Source: Sediminimonas sp. (GTDB taxonomy: Bacteria; Pseudomonadota; Alphaproteobacteria; Rhodobacterales; Rhodobacteraceae). From it: a stretch of 64,000 bases of DNA. Of this stretch, positions 27,745 to 38,061 are shown piece after piece. The notes under the pieces are model-generated. The model saw nothing but the letters and a program-made list of their open reading frames with translations. It was not told where the DNA came from and did no database searches. The position numbers and the translations under genes were made by a program. The first letter of the stretch is position 1. Every line of letters starts with the position of its first letter. The stretch lies in NCBI RefSeq assembly GCF_024637375.1, contig NZ_JAGXFK010000042.1, forward strand, positions 16,169 to 80,168. Direction: 5' to 3'.

Positions 27745-29874
27745 ATGTTCAAAGTAACGACAAAATCCATGCAGTGGGGGGAAGAGACCCTCACGCTCGA
27801 AACGGGCAAGGTTGCCCGCCAGGCCGACGGCTCGGTCATCGCCACTCTGGGCGAGACCAGCGTCATGGCCAACGTGACCTTTGCCAAGGAACCCAAGCCG
27901 GGAATGGATTTCTTCCCGCTGACGGTTCACTACCAGGAAAAATACTATGCCGCGGGCAAGGTGCCCGGCGGCTTTTTCAAGCGCGAGGCGCGCCCCTCCG
28001 AGAAGGAAACGCTGACCGCGCGCCTGATCGACCGGCCCATTCGCCCGCTGTTCGTGCCCGGCTTCAAGCATGAAACACTGGTGATGTGCACCGTGCTCAG
28101 CCACGACCTGGTCAACGACCCGGACATGGTGGCGATGATCGCGACCTCGGCGGCGCTGACGATTTCCGGCGCCCCGTTCATGGGGCCGATCGCGGGCTGC
28201 CGAGTGGGCTATGTGGATGGCGATTACATCCTGAACCCCGAAATCGACGACATGCAGGGGCTGCGCACCAACCCCGAGCAGCGGCTCGACCTGATCGTGG
28301 CCGGCACGCGCGACGCGGTGATGATGGTCGAATCCGAGGCCTACGAGCTGTCAGAGGCCGAGATGCTGGGCGCCGTCAACTTCGCCCACGAGCAGATCAA
28401 GCCGGTTGTCGACCTGATCGTCGACCTGGCCGAAGACTGTGCCAAGGAACCGTTCGATTTCCAGCCGCCCGATTACTCGGCGCTTTACGACGCGGTGAAA
28501 GCCGCCGGCGAGGAAAAGATGCGCGCCGCTTTCGCGATCCGCGACAAGCAGGAACGCACGCATGCGATTTCCGCCGCCAAGGAAGAAATCAGGGCGCAAC
28601 TCACCGAAGAGCAACTCGAGGATGCGAACCTTGGCGCGGCGCTGAAAAAGCTGGAATCGACCGTGCTGCGCGGTGATGTCGTAAAGCAAGGCAACCGCAT
28701 CGACGGCCGCAAGCTTGACCAGATCCGCGCGATTGACTGCGAAACCGGGCTGCTGCCGCGCACGCACGGCTCGGCGCTGTTCACGCGCGGTGAGACGCAG
28801 GCGCTGGTGGTGACCACGCTGGGCACCGGCGACGACGAACAGTTCGTCGATGCGCTGCACGGCAACTTCCGCTCCAACTTCCTGCTGCACTACAACTTCC
28901 CGCCCTATTCGGTGGGCGAAGCCGGCCGCGTCGGCCCGCCGGGACGCCGCGAGATCGGCCATGGCAAGCTTGCGTGGCGTGCGCTTCAGGCGGTTCTGCC
29001 CGCGCCGACGGATTTCCCCTACACCATCCGCCTGGTGTCCGAGATCACCGAATCCAACGGGTCCAGCTCGATGGCGACGGTGTGCGGCTCGTCGCTGGCG
29101 ATGATGGATGCGGGTGTGCCGCTGAAGTCATCGGTCGCCGGCGTGGCCATGGGTCTGGTGCTGGAAGACGATGGCGAATATGCCATCCTGTCCGACATCC
29201 TGGGCGACGAGGATCACCTCGGAGACATGGATTTCAAGGTCGCGGGCACCGCCGAAGGCATCACCTCGTTGCAGATGGACATCAAGGTCGCCGGCATCAC
29301 GCCGCAGATCATGGAGCGCGCGCTGGACCAGGCCAAGGCCGGGCGCATGCACATCCTGGGCGAGATGGACAAGGCGCTTTCGGGTGCGGCTGATTTCAGC
29401 ATCCACGCGCCGCGGATCGAGACGATGCAGATCTCCACCGACAAGATCCGCGAAGTCATCGGGTCGGGCGGCAAGGTGATCCGCGAGATCGTCGAGGTGT
29501 CGGGCGCCAAGGTCGACATCAACGACGAGGGCGTCATCAAGATCGCAAGCCCCAACGCCGAAGCCATCCAGAAGGCCTATGACATGATCTATTCGATCGT
29601 GGCCGAGCCCGAGGAAGGCAAGATCTACAAGGGCACCGTCGTCAAGATCGTCGATTTCGGGGCCTTCGTGAACTTCTTCGGCAAGCGCGACGGTCTGGTT
29701 CATGTCAGCCAGATCGAAAACCGCCGCCTGAACCACCCCTCCGACGTGCTCAAGGAAGGGCAGGAAGTCTGGGTCAAGCTGCTGGGCTTCGACGATCGCG
29801 GCAAGGTGCGCCTGGCGATGAAAATGGTCGACCAGGAGACCGGCGAAGAGATCAAGGAAGAAGCCGCCGACTGA
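27745..29874 (+). CDS. pnp: Polyribonucleotide nucleotidyltransferase
   Basis: [42 protein letters not shown] and S1 domains. Confidence 0.97.
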   Translation: MFKVTTKSMQWGEETLTLETGKVARQADGSVIATLGETSVMANVTFAKEPKPGMDFFPLTVHYQEKYYAAGKVPGGFFKREARPSEKETLTARLIDRPIRPLFVPGFKHETLVMCTVLSHDLVNDPDMVAMIATSAALTISGAPFMGPIAGCRVGYVDGDYILNPEIDDMQGLRTNPEQRLDLIVAGTRDAVMMVESEAYELSEAEMLGAVNFAHEQIKPVVDLIVDLAEDCAKEPFDFQPPDYSALYDAVKAAGEEKMRAAFAIRDKQERTHAISAAKEEIRAQLTEEQLEDANLGAALKKLESTVLRGDVVKQGNRIDGRKLDQIRAIDCETGLLPRTHGSALFTRGETQALVVTTLGTGDDEQFVDALHGNFRSNFLLHYNFPPYSVGEAGRVGPPGRREIGHGKLAWRALQAVLPAPTDFPYTIRLVSEITESNGSSSMATVCGSSLAMMDAGVPLKSSVAGVAMGLVLEDDGEYAILSDILGDEDHLGDMDFKVAGTAEGITSLQMDIKVAGITPQIMERALDQAKAGRMHILGEMDKALSGAADFSIHAPRIETMQISTDKIREVIGSGGKVIREIVEVSGAKVDINDEGVIKIASPNAEAIQKAYDMIYSIVAEPEEGKIYKGTVVKIVDFGAFVNFFGKRDGLVHVSQIENRRLNHPSDVLKEGQEVWVKLLGFDDRGKVRLAMKMVDQETGEEIKEEAAD

Positions 29875-29904
29875 TACGTCGCGCGAACATCTCTCAAGGA
29901 ATCG

Positions 29905-29938
29905 AATGCCCGGGTGGAAACGCCCGGGCATTTTTCTT
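29905..29938 (+). terminator. Terminator after pnp
   Basis: ATGCCCGGGTG-GAAA-CGCCCGGGCAT followed by T-run. Confidence 0.85.
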
Positions 29939-30025
29939 GCTGCGCCGCAGCGGATCGGATGCTTGGTCGGCGCCGGAGGGTCGCGCATAGTATTCCGATG
30001 AAGTGGTCCGAACAGGGAGGGCACA

Positions 30026-30490
30026 ATGAACCTTGTGACGCTGGAAAACCCGGTCTTTGCCACCTACGCGATTGCCGCCGCGCTGATGGTGCTGAAAATC
30101 ATGGGACAGGGATGGATGACGGTCTACCGCATGATGAAATGCAGCGCGGGGTTCGCAAGCCCCGAGGATCTGCGTCCCGGTCCGCTCAACAAGGCCCCCG
30201 ATCCGGATCAGATCAAGCCGAACGACTATGTCGACCGGTCGCGAAGGATGCATCGAAACGACCTTGAAAACATCCCCGCATTCCTTGTCGCCGGGTTGTT
30301 GTTTGTCACCGTCGATCCGTCGCTTCTGCTGGCACAAATATTTCTATACGGATTTGTTGTTGCGCGGCTCTGCCATTTCCTGGCCTACGCCACCAAGCAG
30401 AGCCACGAGATGCGCGCCACCTTCTACACGGTCGGGTCGGTCATCGTGATCGCGATGGCGCTGTATGTGCTGGTGGCGGTGATCGCCTGA
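30026..30490 (+). CDS. MAPEG family membrane protein (MGST1-like)
   Basis: FASPED, RRMHRNDLENI, ARLCH; about 4 TM helices; GGAGG RBS. Confidence 0.82.
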   Translation: MNLVTLENPVFATYAIAAALMVLKIMGQGWMTVYRMMKCSAGFASPEDLRPGPLNKAPDPDQIKPNDYVDRSRRMHRNDLENIPAFLVAGLLFVTVDPSLLLAQIFLYGFVVARLCHFLAYATKQSHEMRATFYTVGSVIVIAMALYVLVAVIA

Positions 30491-30500
30491 GCGGTGGCGC

Positions 30501-31544
30501 TCAGATGATCTCATCCTCGTCGAAAAGTGGCGCCGCTTCCATCTGCGCGGCGACGCCCTCCATGGCGGCCTCGGCATGGGCGGGTTTGCCGATCTCGGCG
30601 ACGTGAAACAGCGCGTCGCCCTCGTGCACGACGGGCATGTTGCTGCGCCCCACGATGATGCCGCGGTGATCGGCGATTACCTCGACCTCGTGCTCGCCGA
30701 ACGGGTCCGAGATGGCGCCAAGCACGGTGCCCGGTTCCACAAGGTCGCCCGGCGCGCGATAGGCGCGCAGCAGGCCGCCCACGGGCGCGCGATACCATGT
30801 CGAGGCATCGCAGGTTACCGGCCTGGCGCGCGGTTTGGGCACGCCCTTTTTTCCCAGCATGCCGATTTTCTGCATCACCCGCAGGATACCCGACACGCCG
30901 CTGCGCGCCGCCAGCTCGTCAAAACGCAGCGCCTCGCCCGCCTCGTAGAGCAGCACATCGACGCCCGCATCCTCGGACGCCACCCGCAGCGAGCCATCAC
31001 GCAACCGCGACCGCAGCATCACCGGCGCCGAAAAGGCGCGACCCAGGTCGGCCAGTCGCGCGTTGTCGGGCGTCAGGCGAATCTGCGGCAGGTTGCTGCG
31101 ATGAATCGCGGCCGAGTGCAGGTCGATCCCGAGATCGGCGCGCGCCACGACCTGCGTCATGAACAGATGCGCCAGCCGCGCCGCCAGCGACCCTTGCGCC
31201 GAGCCGGGAAAGCAGCGGTTCAAATCGCGGCGGTCGGGCAGGTAGCGGGACTGGTTGAGAAAGCCGAAGGTGTTGACGATGGGCACCGCCATCAGCGTTC
31301 CGGCCATGGTTTTCAGCGGCCCGGCCCGCAACAGGCGGCGCACGATCTCGACGCCGATCACCTCGTCGCCATGAACCGCGGCGCTGACGAACAGCACCGG
31401 ACCGGGCTTGCGCCCATGGACGACGTGCACCGACAAGGTGACGGGGGTGTGATCCGACAGCGTCGAGACGGGCAGGTCCACCGTCTGCCGCGTCCCCGGC
31501 GCGACGCGAACATCGCCTATCTCGAACGGCGCGACCTTCGGCAT
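30501..31544 (-). CDS. Succinylglutamate desuccinylase/aspartoacylase (M14) family protein
   Basis: HGDE, DLNRCFPG, DLHS, YEAGE; TGATG coupling to rimK. Confidence 0.87.
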   Translation of the reverse strand: MPKVAPFEIGDVRVAPGTRQTVDLPVSTLSDHTPVTLSVHVVHGRKPGPVLFVSAAVHGDEVIGVEIVRRLLRAGPLKTMAGTLMAVPIVNTFGFLNQSRYLPDRRDLNRCFPGSAQGSLAARLAHLFMTQVVARADLGIDLHSAAIHRSNLPQIRLTPDNARLADLGRAFSAPVMLRSRLRDGSLRVASEDAGVDVLLYEAGEALRFDELAARSGVSGILRVMQKIGMLGKKGVPKPRARPVTCDASTWYRAPVGGLLRAYRAPGDLVEPGTVLGAISDPFGEHEVEVIADHRGIIVGRSNMPVVHEGDALFHVAEIGKPAHAEAAMEGVAAQMEAAPLFDEDEII

Positions 31545-32449
31545 CAGCCGCGGCCCTTGGTCCGGGTCTTGCCTTCGCGGCCCTTGCGTTCGATGAACTC
31601 GATGATCATGCCGGCGATGTCCTTGCCGGTGGCTTTCTCGACGCCCTCCAGCCCGGGGGAGGAATTGACCTCCATCACCACCGGGCCGTGGTTCGAGCGC
31701 AGCATGTCCACCCCGCACACGTTCAGCCCCATGGCCCGCGCCGCGCGAATCGCGGTCGAGCGTTCCTCGGGCGACACCTTGATCGGCTTGGCCGAGCCAC
31801 CGCGGTGCAGGTTCGAGCGGAACTCGCCCTCGGCGCCCGAACGTTGCATCGCCGCGACCACCTTGCCGCCGATCACGAAGGCGCGGATGTCGGTGCCGCC
31901 GGCCTCCTTGATGAACTCCTGCACCAGGATGTTCACGCCGGCGCCGCGAAACGCCTCGATCACCGACTTGGCCGACCGGTTGGTATCGGCCAGCACCACG
32001 CCGATACCCTGCGTGCCCTCGATCAGCTTGATGACCAGTGGCGCGCCACCGGCGAGGTTGACCACCTCTTCGGATTTCTTCGGGTCGTGGGCAAAGGTCG
32101 TCACCGGCAGGCCGATACCGTCGCGCGCCAGCAATTGCATCGAGCGCAGCTTGTCGCGCGACCGCCCGATGGCAACGGATTCGTTGACCGGGAACACGCC
32201 CTGCATTTCGAACTGCCTGAGCACCGCCAGGCCGTAATAGGTGATCGAAGCCCCGATGCGCGGAATCACGGCATCGTATTTCGGCAGCCGTTCGCCGTCA
32301 TAGTATATCTCGGGCCGGCGCGACGCGATGTTCACGCTGCACCGGAGCGTGTTGATCATGTGCAGCTCGTGACCGCGTTCCTCGGCCGCCTCTTTCATGC
32401 GCTTGTGGGAAAACAGGTTCGGGCTGCGGGTCATCATCGCGATTTTCAT
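31544..32449 (-). CDS. rimK: RimK ATP-grasp alpha-L-glutamate ligase
   Basis: [39 protein letters not shown]. Confidence 0.93.
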   Translation of the reverse strand: MKIAMMTRSPNLFSHKRMKEAAEERGHELHMINTLRCSVNIASRRPEIYYDGERLPKYDAVIPRIGASITYYGLAVLRQFEMQGVFPVNESVAIGRSRDKLRSMQLLARDGIGLPVTTFAHDPKKSEEVVNLAGGAPLVIKLIEGTQGIGVVLADTNRSAKSVIEAFRGAGVNILVQEFIKEAGGTDIRAFVIGGKVVAAMQRSGAEGEFRSNLHRGGSAKPIKVSPEERSTAIRAARAMGLNVCGVDMLRSNHGPVVMEVNSSPGLEGVEKATGKDIAGMIIEFIERKGREGKTRTKGRG

Positions 32450-32462
32450 AGCGGGAATCCTT

Positions 32463-32966
32463 TCATGAATCGGCACGGCCGGCCACATTGATACTCTGCG
32501 CCCCGCCCACAGGTTTGCCCAGCAGGAATGACCGCCCCGGGTCGACCAGAATGCGGTGCCGCCGGATCGCCGTTCGGCCGAGGATGATGGGCAGCGCCAT
32601 GCGTGTGCGGTTGGCCAGCGACACCTCGATCCGCCACCGCCGGCGGCCGATGACAAGCGCGGTTTCGATAACCAGCCGCTCTTCGTGGATGCCGCTGGTA
32701 TTCTTGATCGGGCGCGTGCCCAGTAGCGGCGCCTCGACATCGCGGGCGCGCAGGCCGCTGGAATGCGGGATATGAAAGCGCACCCAGTCGGCCCCATCTC
32801 GGCGAAAGGGCTTCACCCGTGTCGCATGGATGGCCGAGGTGCGCGCGCCGGTATCGATCTTGGCCACCACGCGCGGGATGCCCAGCTCGGGCAGGCCGAT
32901 CACCTCGCGCCAGCCGATGGTCGTCTTTTCCTTGGCCGACCGCGCCCCCGTGGAGGATTTCCGCAC
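32463..32966 (-). CDS. RimK-associated retropepsin-like protease (RimB-like)
   Basis: [19 protein letters not shown] motifs. Confidence 0.82.
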   Translation of the reverse strand: MRKSSTGARSAKEKTTIGWREVIGLPELGIPRVVAKIDTGARTSAIHATRVKPFRRDGADWVRFHIPHSSGLRARDVEAPLLGTRPIKNTSGIHEERLVIETALVIGRRRWRIEVSLANRTRMALPIILGRTAIRRHRILVDPGRSFLLGKPVGGAQSINVAGRADS

Positions 32967-33056
32967 CTGTGCCGCCTCTCGTCTCGTTCTTGCGTCGACA
33001 AAGCCTAGCAGCGCCGGGCATCAGGCGGAAACACCTAACGCGACACAGCACCAGAC

Positions 33057-33093
33057 AAAATGAGCCCCCGCAACATCTTTGCGGGGGCTCATT
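33057..33093 (-). terminator. Terminator after peroxiredoxin
   Basis: 15-bp perfect inverted repeat AATGAGCCCCCGCAA/TTGCGGGGGCTCATT with T-run on minus strand. Confidence 0.75.
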
Positions 33094-33127
33094 ACGGCCC
33101 TGCGATGGCGGGCCGGTGCGTGCGTCC

Positions 33128-33781
33128 TCAGGCCGACCGCTTGGTCATGCGCAGGTAGGGCAGTTTCACGTCGATTTCGCCGAACTTCTCGCGCGCCTGG
33201 TCATCGTCGAGGCTGAGCGCGACGATCACGTCCTCGCCCACGGTCCAGTTGGCGGGGGTGGCGATCGAATTGCCATAGGTCGCTTGCAGCGCGTCGAGGG
33301 CGCGCAGCACCTCGGCAAAGTTGCGGCCCACCGACATCGGGTAGGTCATCGACAGTTGCAGCTTCTTGTCGGGGCTGATGATGAACACCGACCGCACCGA
33401 GGCACTGTCGGCCGCGGTGCGCCCGTCGGGCATGTAGGCCTCGGCCGGCAGCATTTCGAAGGCTTTGGAAACGGCCAGGTCCACATCCGCGATGATCGGA
33501 AAGGCGGGCTTGGCCCCGGCATATCCTTCGATGTCGGACTTCCACTTGACGTGTTCGTCGGCAGCATCGACCGACAGGCCGATCACCTTGGTGTCGCGCT
33601 TTTCCCATTCGTCGGCCAATTGCGCCACGGCACCGAACTCGGTGGTGCAGACGGGCGTGAAATCCTTGGGATGGGAAAACAGGATCGCCCAGTTGTCGCC
33701 GATCCAGTCGTGGAACCGGATCGTTCCCTGGTCGGTCTCGGCGGTGAAATCAGGCACGATATCGTTGATACGCAGGCCCAT
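33128..33781 (-). CDS. 1-Cys peroxiredoxin (Prx6)
   Basis: FSHPKDFTPVCTTE, YPMSVGRNF, ATPANW. Confidence 0.93.
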   Translation of the reverse strand: MGLRINDIVPDFTAETDQGTIRFHDWIGDNWAILFSHPKDFTPVCTTEFGAVAQLADEWEKRDTKVIGLSVDAADEHVKWKSDIEGYAGAKPAFPIIADVDLAVSKAFEMLPAEAYMPDGRTAADSASVRSVFIISPDKKLQLSMTYPMSVGRNFAEVLRALDALQATYGNSIATPANWTVGEDVIVALSLDDDQAREKFGEIDVKLPYLRMTKRSA

Positions 33782-33983
33782 GTGTCATGTCCTTTCGTTT
33801 TGGGATATTTTCGGTATGGTGAAGCACTCGTATTCGTGAGCCAATATATGAGTTGTGGCTACACGTTCCACCCTCTTGCTTGCAGCTTTTCACGGGCAGT
33901 GACAGAGTGTCGCGAATCGAGCGTCATGGCCGCTGCGTAGCGTGGAATGGCGCGCTGTCCAAGGCACAATATGGAGGTCAGAA

Positions 33984-35423
33984 ATGATCGAGAAACGCCA
34001 GTTCTACATCAACGGTGCCTGGGTCGATCCCGCCCGCGCGAACGATCATCACGTCATCGACCCCTCCACCGAAGAGCCCTGCGCGGTGATCTCTCTGGGT
34101 AGCCAGGCCGACACCGACGCGGCTGTCGCCGCGGCGCGCACGGCTTTCCCCGACTGGATGCGCACGCCGGTGGCCGAGCGCATCGCGCTGGTGGAAAAGC
34201 TGCTGGAAATCTATAACGCCCGCGGCGAGGAAATGGCGCAGGCGATCAGCATGGAAATGGGCGCCCCCATCGACATGGCGCGTCAGCAGCAGGTCGGCGC
34301 CGGGGCCGGGCACATGAAGAACTTTCTGCGCGCGGCGAAGGATTTTGAATTTATCCGCCCGCTCGGCGACCACGCCCCCAATGATCGCATCATCTACGAG
34401 CCGATCGGCGTCTGCGCCATGATCACGCCGTGGAACTGGCCGATGAACCAGATCAACCTCAAGGTGATCGCGGCGGCCATCGCCGGCTGCACCATGGTGC
34501 TCAAGCCCTCCGAAGAAGCGCCGCTCGACGCGCTGCTTTATGCCGAAATGATCGACGAGGCCGGCTTCCCGCCGGGGGTGTTCAACCTGGTCAACGGCGA
34601 CGGCGCCGGGGTCGGCAGCCAACTTTCCAGCCACCCGCAGGTGGACATGGTCAGTTTCACCGGCTCGACCCGCGCCGGCATCCTGATTTCCAAGGCCGCA
34701 GCCGATACGCTCAAGCGCGTGCATCTGGAATTGGGCGGCAAGGGCGCCAACGTGATCTTTGACGACGCCGACGAAAAGGCCGTCAAGCGCGGCGTGCTGC
34801 ACATGATGAACAACTCCGGCCAGTCGTGCAACGCGCCATCGCGGATGCTGGTGCAGCAAAACGTCTACGACCAGACCGTCGAGGCCGCCGCCGAGATCGC
34901 CAACGGCATCAAGGTAGGCAGCAACCACGAGGAAGGCCGCCACATCGGCCCGGTCGTCAACGAAGTGCAGTGGAACAAGATCCAGAACCTGATCCAGAAA
35001 GGCATCGACGAAGGCGCGCGCCTTGTTGCAGGCGGCACCGGGCGGCCCGAGAACTTCAACAAGGGATACTATGTGCGGCCCACGGTTTTCGCCGATGTCA
35101 CCAACGACATGACCATCGCACGCGAGGAAATATTTGGCCCGGTCCTGTCGATTATCCCGTTTGAAACCGAGGAAGACGCCGTCAGGATAGCCAACGACAC
35201 GCCCTACGGGCTGACGAACTACGTCCAGACGCAGGACGGCGCCAAGGCCAACCGCATGGCGATGAACCTGCGCTCGGGCATGGTCGAAATGAACGGCCAG
35301 AGCCGCGGTGCCGGCGCGCCCTTCGGCGGCATGCAGCAGTCGGGCAACGGGCGCGAGGGCGGTGTCTGGGGTCTTGAGGATTTCCTCGAAGTCAAGGCCG
35401 TTTCGGGCTGGACTTCCGAGTAA
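33984..35423 (+). CDS. Aldehyde dehydrogenase family protein
   Basis: ITPWNWP, FTGSTRAG, ELGGKG, GQSC, EEIFGPV; GGAGG RBS. Confidence 0.9.
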   Translation: MIEKRQFYINGAWVDPARANDHHVIDPSTEEPCAVISLGSQADTDAAVAAARTAFPDWMRTPVAERIALVEKLLEIYNARGEEMAQAISMEMGAPIDMARQQQVGAGAGHMKNFLRAAKDFEFIRPLGDHAPNDRIIYEPIGVCAMITPWNWPMNQINLKVIAAAIAGCTMVLKPSEEAPLDALLYAEMIDEAGFPPGVFNLVNGDGAGVGSQLSSHPQVDMVSFTGSTRAGILISKAAADTLKRVHLELGGKGANVIFDDADEKAVKRGVLHMMNNSGQSCNAPSRMLVQQNVYDQTVEAAAEIANGIKVGSNHEEGRHIGPVVNEVQWNKIQNLIQKGIDEGARLVAGGTGRPENFNKGYYVRPTVFADVTNDMTIAREEIFGPVLSIIPFETEEDAVRIANDTPYGLTNYVQTQDGAKANRMAMNLRSGMVEMNGQSRGAGAPFGGMQQSGNGREGGVWGLEDFLEVKAVSGWTSE

Positions 35424-35504
35424 TCGCCCCACACCCCGCGCCCTTGCATTCCACGGGCGCGGGCCTTGGTGCCTCGTCCGACACGACAAGGCATGGCCGG
35501 ACAA

Positions 35505-36563
35505 ATGACAGAGCCCACCCCATCAGCCCCCCCCGAAAGCGCTGATTTCACGCCGCAAACCGTGCTCAAGCGCGACGTGTTCTCGGAAACGTGGCTGGGC
35601 CACGCGCCCGGGAACCCCGCCGACAAGCGGGTGCTGCGCCGCCTTGACAGGGTGCCGTGGTACGCGCGCCCGGTTTCGGCTGCGCTGGCCCGGCGCGAGG
35701 TGCGCGGGCTGGCGGCGGTCGGCGGCATCGACGGCTGCCCGACCCTGATCCGCGCCGATGCGCAGGGCCTGTTGCGGGACTGGGCGGCGGGCACGCCGCT
35801 GCACCTGGCCCGGCCAGATCAGCGCACCTGGTACGACGATGCCAAGCGCATCCTGCGCGAGATGCGCCGCCGCGGCGTGACCCATAACGACATCGCCAAG
35901 CCGCAGAACTGGCTGATGACGCCTGACGGGCGCGCGGCGGTGATCGACTTCCAACTGGCCTCGGTCCATCGTCGCCGGGGCCTGTGGTTCAGGCTCAAGG
36001 CGCGCGAAGACCTGCGCCACCTGCTCAAGCAGAAACGCAACTTCGCGCGTCACCTGCTGACACCGGCGGAATGGCGCATGCTGCGTCGCAAGTCGCTGCC
36101 GACGCAAATCTGGATGGCCACGGGCAAGCGGGCCTACAAGTTCGTCACCCGCCGCATCATGCATTGGTCCGATAGCGAAGGCGACGAGAACCGTATCGCG
36201 CGTGACGGCCCGGCGATACGCGCCACGCTCGATGAGATACCCGGCGTCGGGGCAGTGGTGCTGTGCCCGTTTTCCCTGCCCGGGCGCACGGTGGGAATAT
36301 ACGCTTTCGTGGAAACCGACCGCACAGCGGGCGAAATCGAGGCGGCGCTCGGCGATGCGGAGCGCCCCGACCTGCTGCAAGCGGTCGCGCGACTGCCGCG
36401 CGATGTCGATGGTGCCCCACGCACGGAGCTTCTGCATCTGGTGGCCAGCAACCGGCTGGACGAACTGGCGCAGCTTGTTGGCGCCGACCCGGATCTGGCC
36501 GCGCAAATGCAGCCCATCATAGATGCGCGGCTGAACCTCACCGACCGGGTGTTGCGAAAATAA
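35505..36563 (+). CDS. RIO/Kdo-like kinase fused to an AMP-binding-C-like domain
   Basis: HNDIAKPQN catalytic loop and IDFQLA; C-terminal IYAFVE...PDLLQAVARLPRDVDG resembles the acetyl-CoA synthetase C-domain. Confidence 0.7.
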   Translation: MTEPTPSAPPESADFTPQTVLKRDVFSETWLGHAPGNPADKRVLRRLDRVPWYARPVSAALARREVRGLAAVGGIDGCPTLIRADAQGLLRDWAAGTPLHLARPDQRTWYDDAKRILREMRRRGVTHNDIAKPQNWLMTPDGRAAVIDFQLASVHRRRGLWFRLKAREDLRHLLKQKRNFARHLLTPAEWRMLRRKSLPTQIWMATGKRAYKFVTRRIMHWSDSEGDENRIARDGPAIRATLDEIPGVGAVVLCPFSLPGRTVGIYAFVETDRTAGEIEAALGDAERPDLLQAVARLPRDVDGAPRTELLHLVASNRLDELAQLVGADPDLAAQMQPIIDARLNLTDRVLRK

Positions 36564-36577
36564 CCGGCCAGCCAGGC

Positions 36578-37225
36578 TCAGAACGGGGCCGGGGCACGAA
36601 ACCGCATACCGCGGCCGCTTTCGGGATGGTTGAGGCGCAATTCCTGCGAATGCAGCATCAGGCGCGGATAACCGGCCGCCGCCCCCGTGGCATACAGCGG
36701 ATCGCCCAGGATGACATGGCCGATGGCCAGCATATGAACCCGCAACTGATGGCTGCGCCCGGTGCGCGGCATCAACCGGACGCGGGTTTCATCGCCCTCG
36801 TGGCGCAGCACGCGCCAATCGGTCAAGGCCGGCTTGCCGCTCTGGTGGCAAACCTTCTGACGCGGGCGGCGCTCCCAATCCACGACCAGGGGCAGATCGA
36901 CGCTTCCCGTTTTCGGTTCCAGCCGGCCAGTAACCCGCGCCAGGTACGATTTGCGCGCACGCCGCGCCTCGAACTGGGCCGACAGGTGGCGCTGCGCGTG
37001 CGGGGTGAGGGCGAAAACGATGACGCCGGATGTATCGCGGTCAAGCCGATGTACCAACAATGCCTGCGGGAACGGGCCCTGCAGCCGCGACAGCAGGCAA
37101 TCCGCCATATGCGCGCCGCGCCCCGGCACCGACAGCAGGCCAGCGGGCTTGTTCACGGCCACCACGTCGGCATCCTCATGCAGGATCTCCAGCGGCTCGT
37201 GTGGCGGGTCATAGGGCGTCTGCAT
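36578..37225 (-). CDS. RluA-family pseudouridine synthase
   Basis: NKPAGLLS, HRLDRDTSG, TGRSHQLRVH, GDPLY. Confidence 0.92.
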   Translation of the reverse strand: MQTPYDPPHEPLEILHEDADVVAVNKPAGLLSVPGRGAHMADCLLSRLQGPFPQALLVHRLDRDTSGVIVFALTPHAQRHLSAQFEARRARKSYLARVTGRLEPKTGSVDLPLVVDWERRPRQKVCHQSGKPALTDWRVLRHEGDETRVRLMPRTGRSHQLRVHMLAIGHVILGDPLYATGAAAGYPRLMLHSQELRLNHPESGRGMRFRAPAPF

Positions 37226-37280
37226 CGCGCCCCGATAGCGCACGAGGGCGGGGAATGTCCACGCCCGTCGCGGCGGCCCC

Positions 37281-37739
37281 TCAGGCGCGACCGGAAAAGA
37301 CCTGCGCCAGGATATGTGCCAGCCCGTCGGCGTCGCGCCCGTCGAAGGCGGCCAGGGCATCGCTGTCGATATCCAGAACCGCGATCAGCGTGCCATCGGC
37401 ATCGCGTACCGGCAGTACAATCTCTGACCGGGTCGTGGCGGAACAGGCGATATGGCCGGAGAAAGCATGTACATCATCGACGCGCTGCACGTCGCCGGTG
37501 CGCGCCGCGGCCCCGCACACCCCGCGCGAGAACGGGATGCTGAGGCACCCGTGCCCGCCCTGGTATGGCCCGATCTTCAGCATCCCGGGCGCTGTCACAC
37601 GGTAGAAGCCGGTCCAGTCGAAACGATCGTCGGCGTGGTGCAATTCGCACACCACCGTGGCCATGAGCGCCACCAAATCGCTTTCACCCTCGGTCAGCGC
37701 GGCGATGGTGCGGGCAGTGCTATCATAATCGATTCTCAT
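37281..37739 (-). CDS. GAF-domain protein, free methionine-R-sulfoxide reductase-like
   Basis: WTGFY, GPYQG, GVCG, HIAC, SEIV, VLDIDS. Confidence 0.85.
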   Translation of the reverse strand: MRIDYDSTARTIAALTEGESDLVALMATVVCELHHADDRFDWTGFYRVTAPGMLKIGPYQGGHGCLSIPFSRGVCGAAARTGDVQRVDDVHAFSGHIACSATTRSEIVLPVRDADGTLIAVLDIDSDALAAFDGRDADGLAHILAQVFSGRA

Positions 37740-37804
37740 CGGGGCATCTTGCACGCGTGTGCGCCCAGGGCCAGCCCGACGGCGCCTATGGCGAATGCCG
37801 GGTG

Positions 37805-38026
37805 CCTCCGGCGGGGATACTTATGGCCAGAAGAAACACGGGAAGGCGCGATGGCCCTCCCGTGTCGCGAAACACATCCGTGCTTCTCCTGGCGCGGTCA
37901 TCGGCGTCCCCGCCTGTACCGCTCTCATAGCGTCGTTCCAAAATCTTAAGAAACCGTTGCTTCTTCTGGCCGATAAGTATCCCGGGGTGAATTGGCCCGG
38001 CACGGACCAAGAGGGGCAGCGCCCCT
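37805..38026. repeat. Inverted pair of dispersed repeats (REP/MITE-like)
   Basis: GGGATACTTATGGCCAGAAGAA (~37814-37835) pairs with TTCTTCTGGCCGATAAGTATCCC (37961-37983) with one bulge; right copy continues GGGGTGA...GAGGGGCAGCGCCCCT as at 63810-63869. Confidence 0.7.
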
Positions 38027-38061
38027 CCCCACCCGCGGAATGTGAAAACGGCGTTGCCGGA

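Noticed and set aside
30501-31544. M14 aspartoacylase-family gene as the missing eutE/doeB
   Set aside because: Same broad family, but it is translationally coupled to rimK 16 kb away from the eut cluster; context favours a RimK-linked role.
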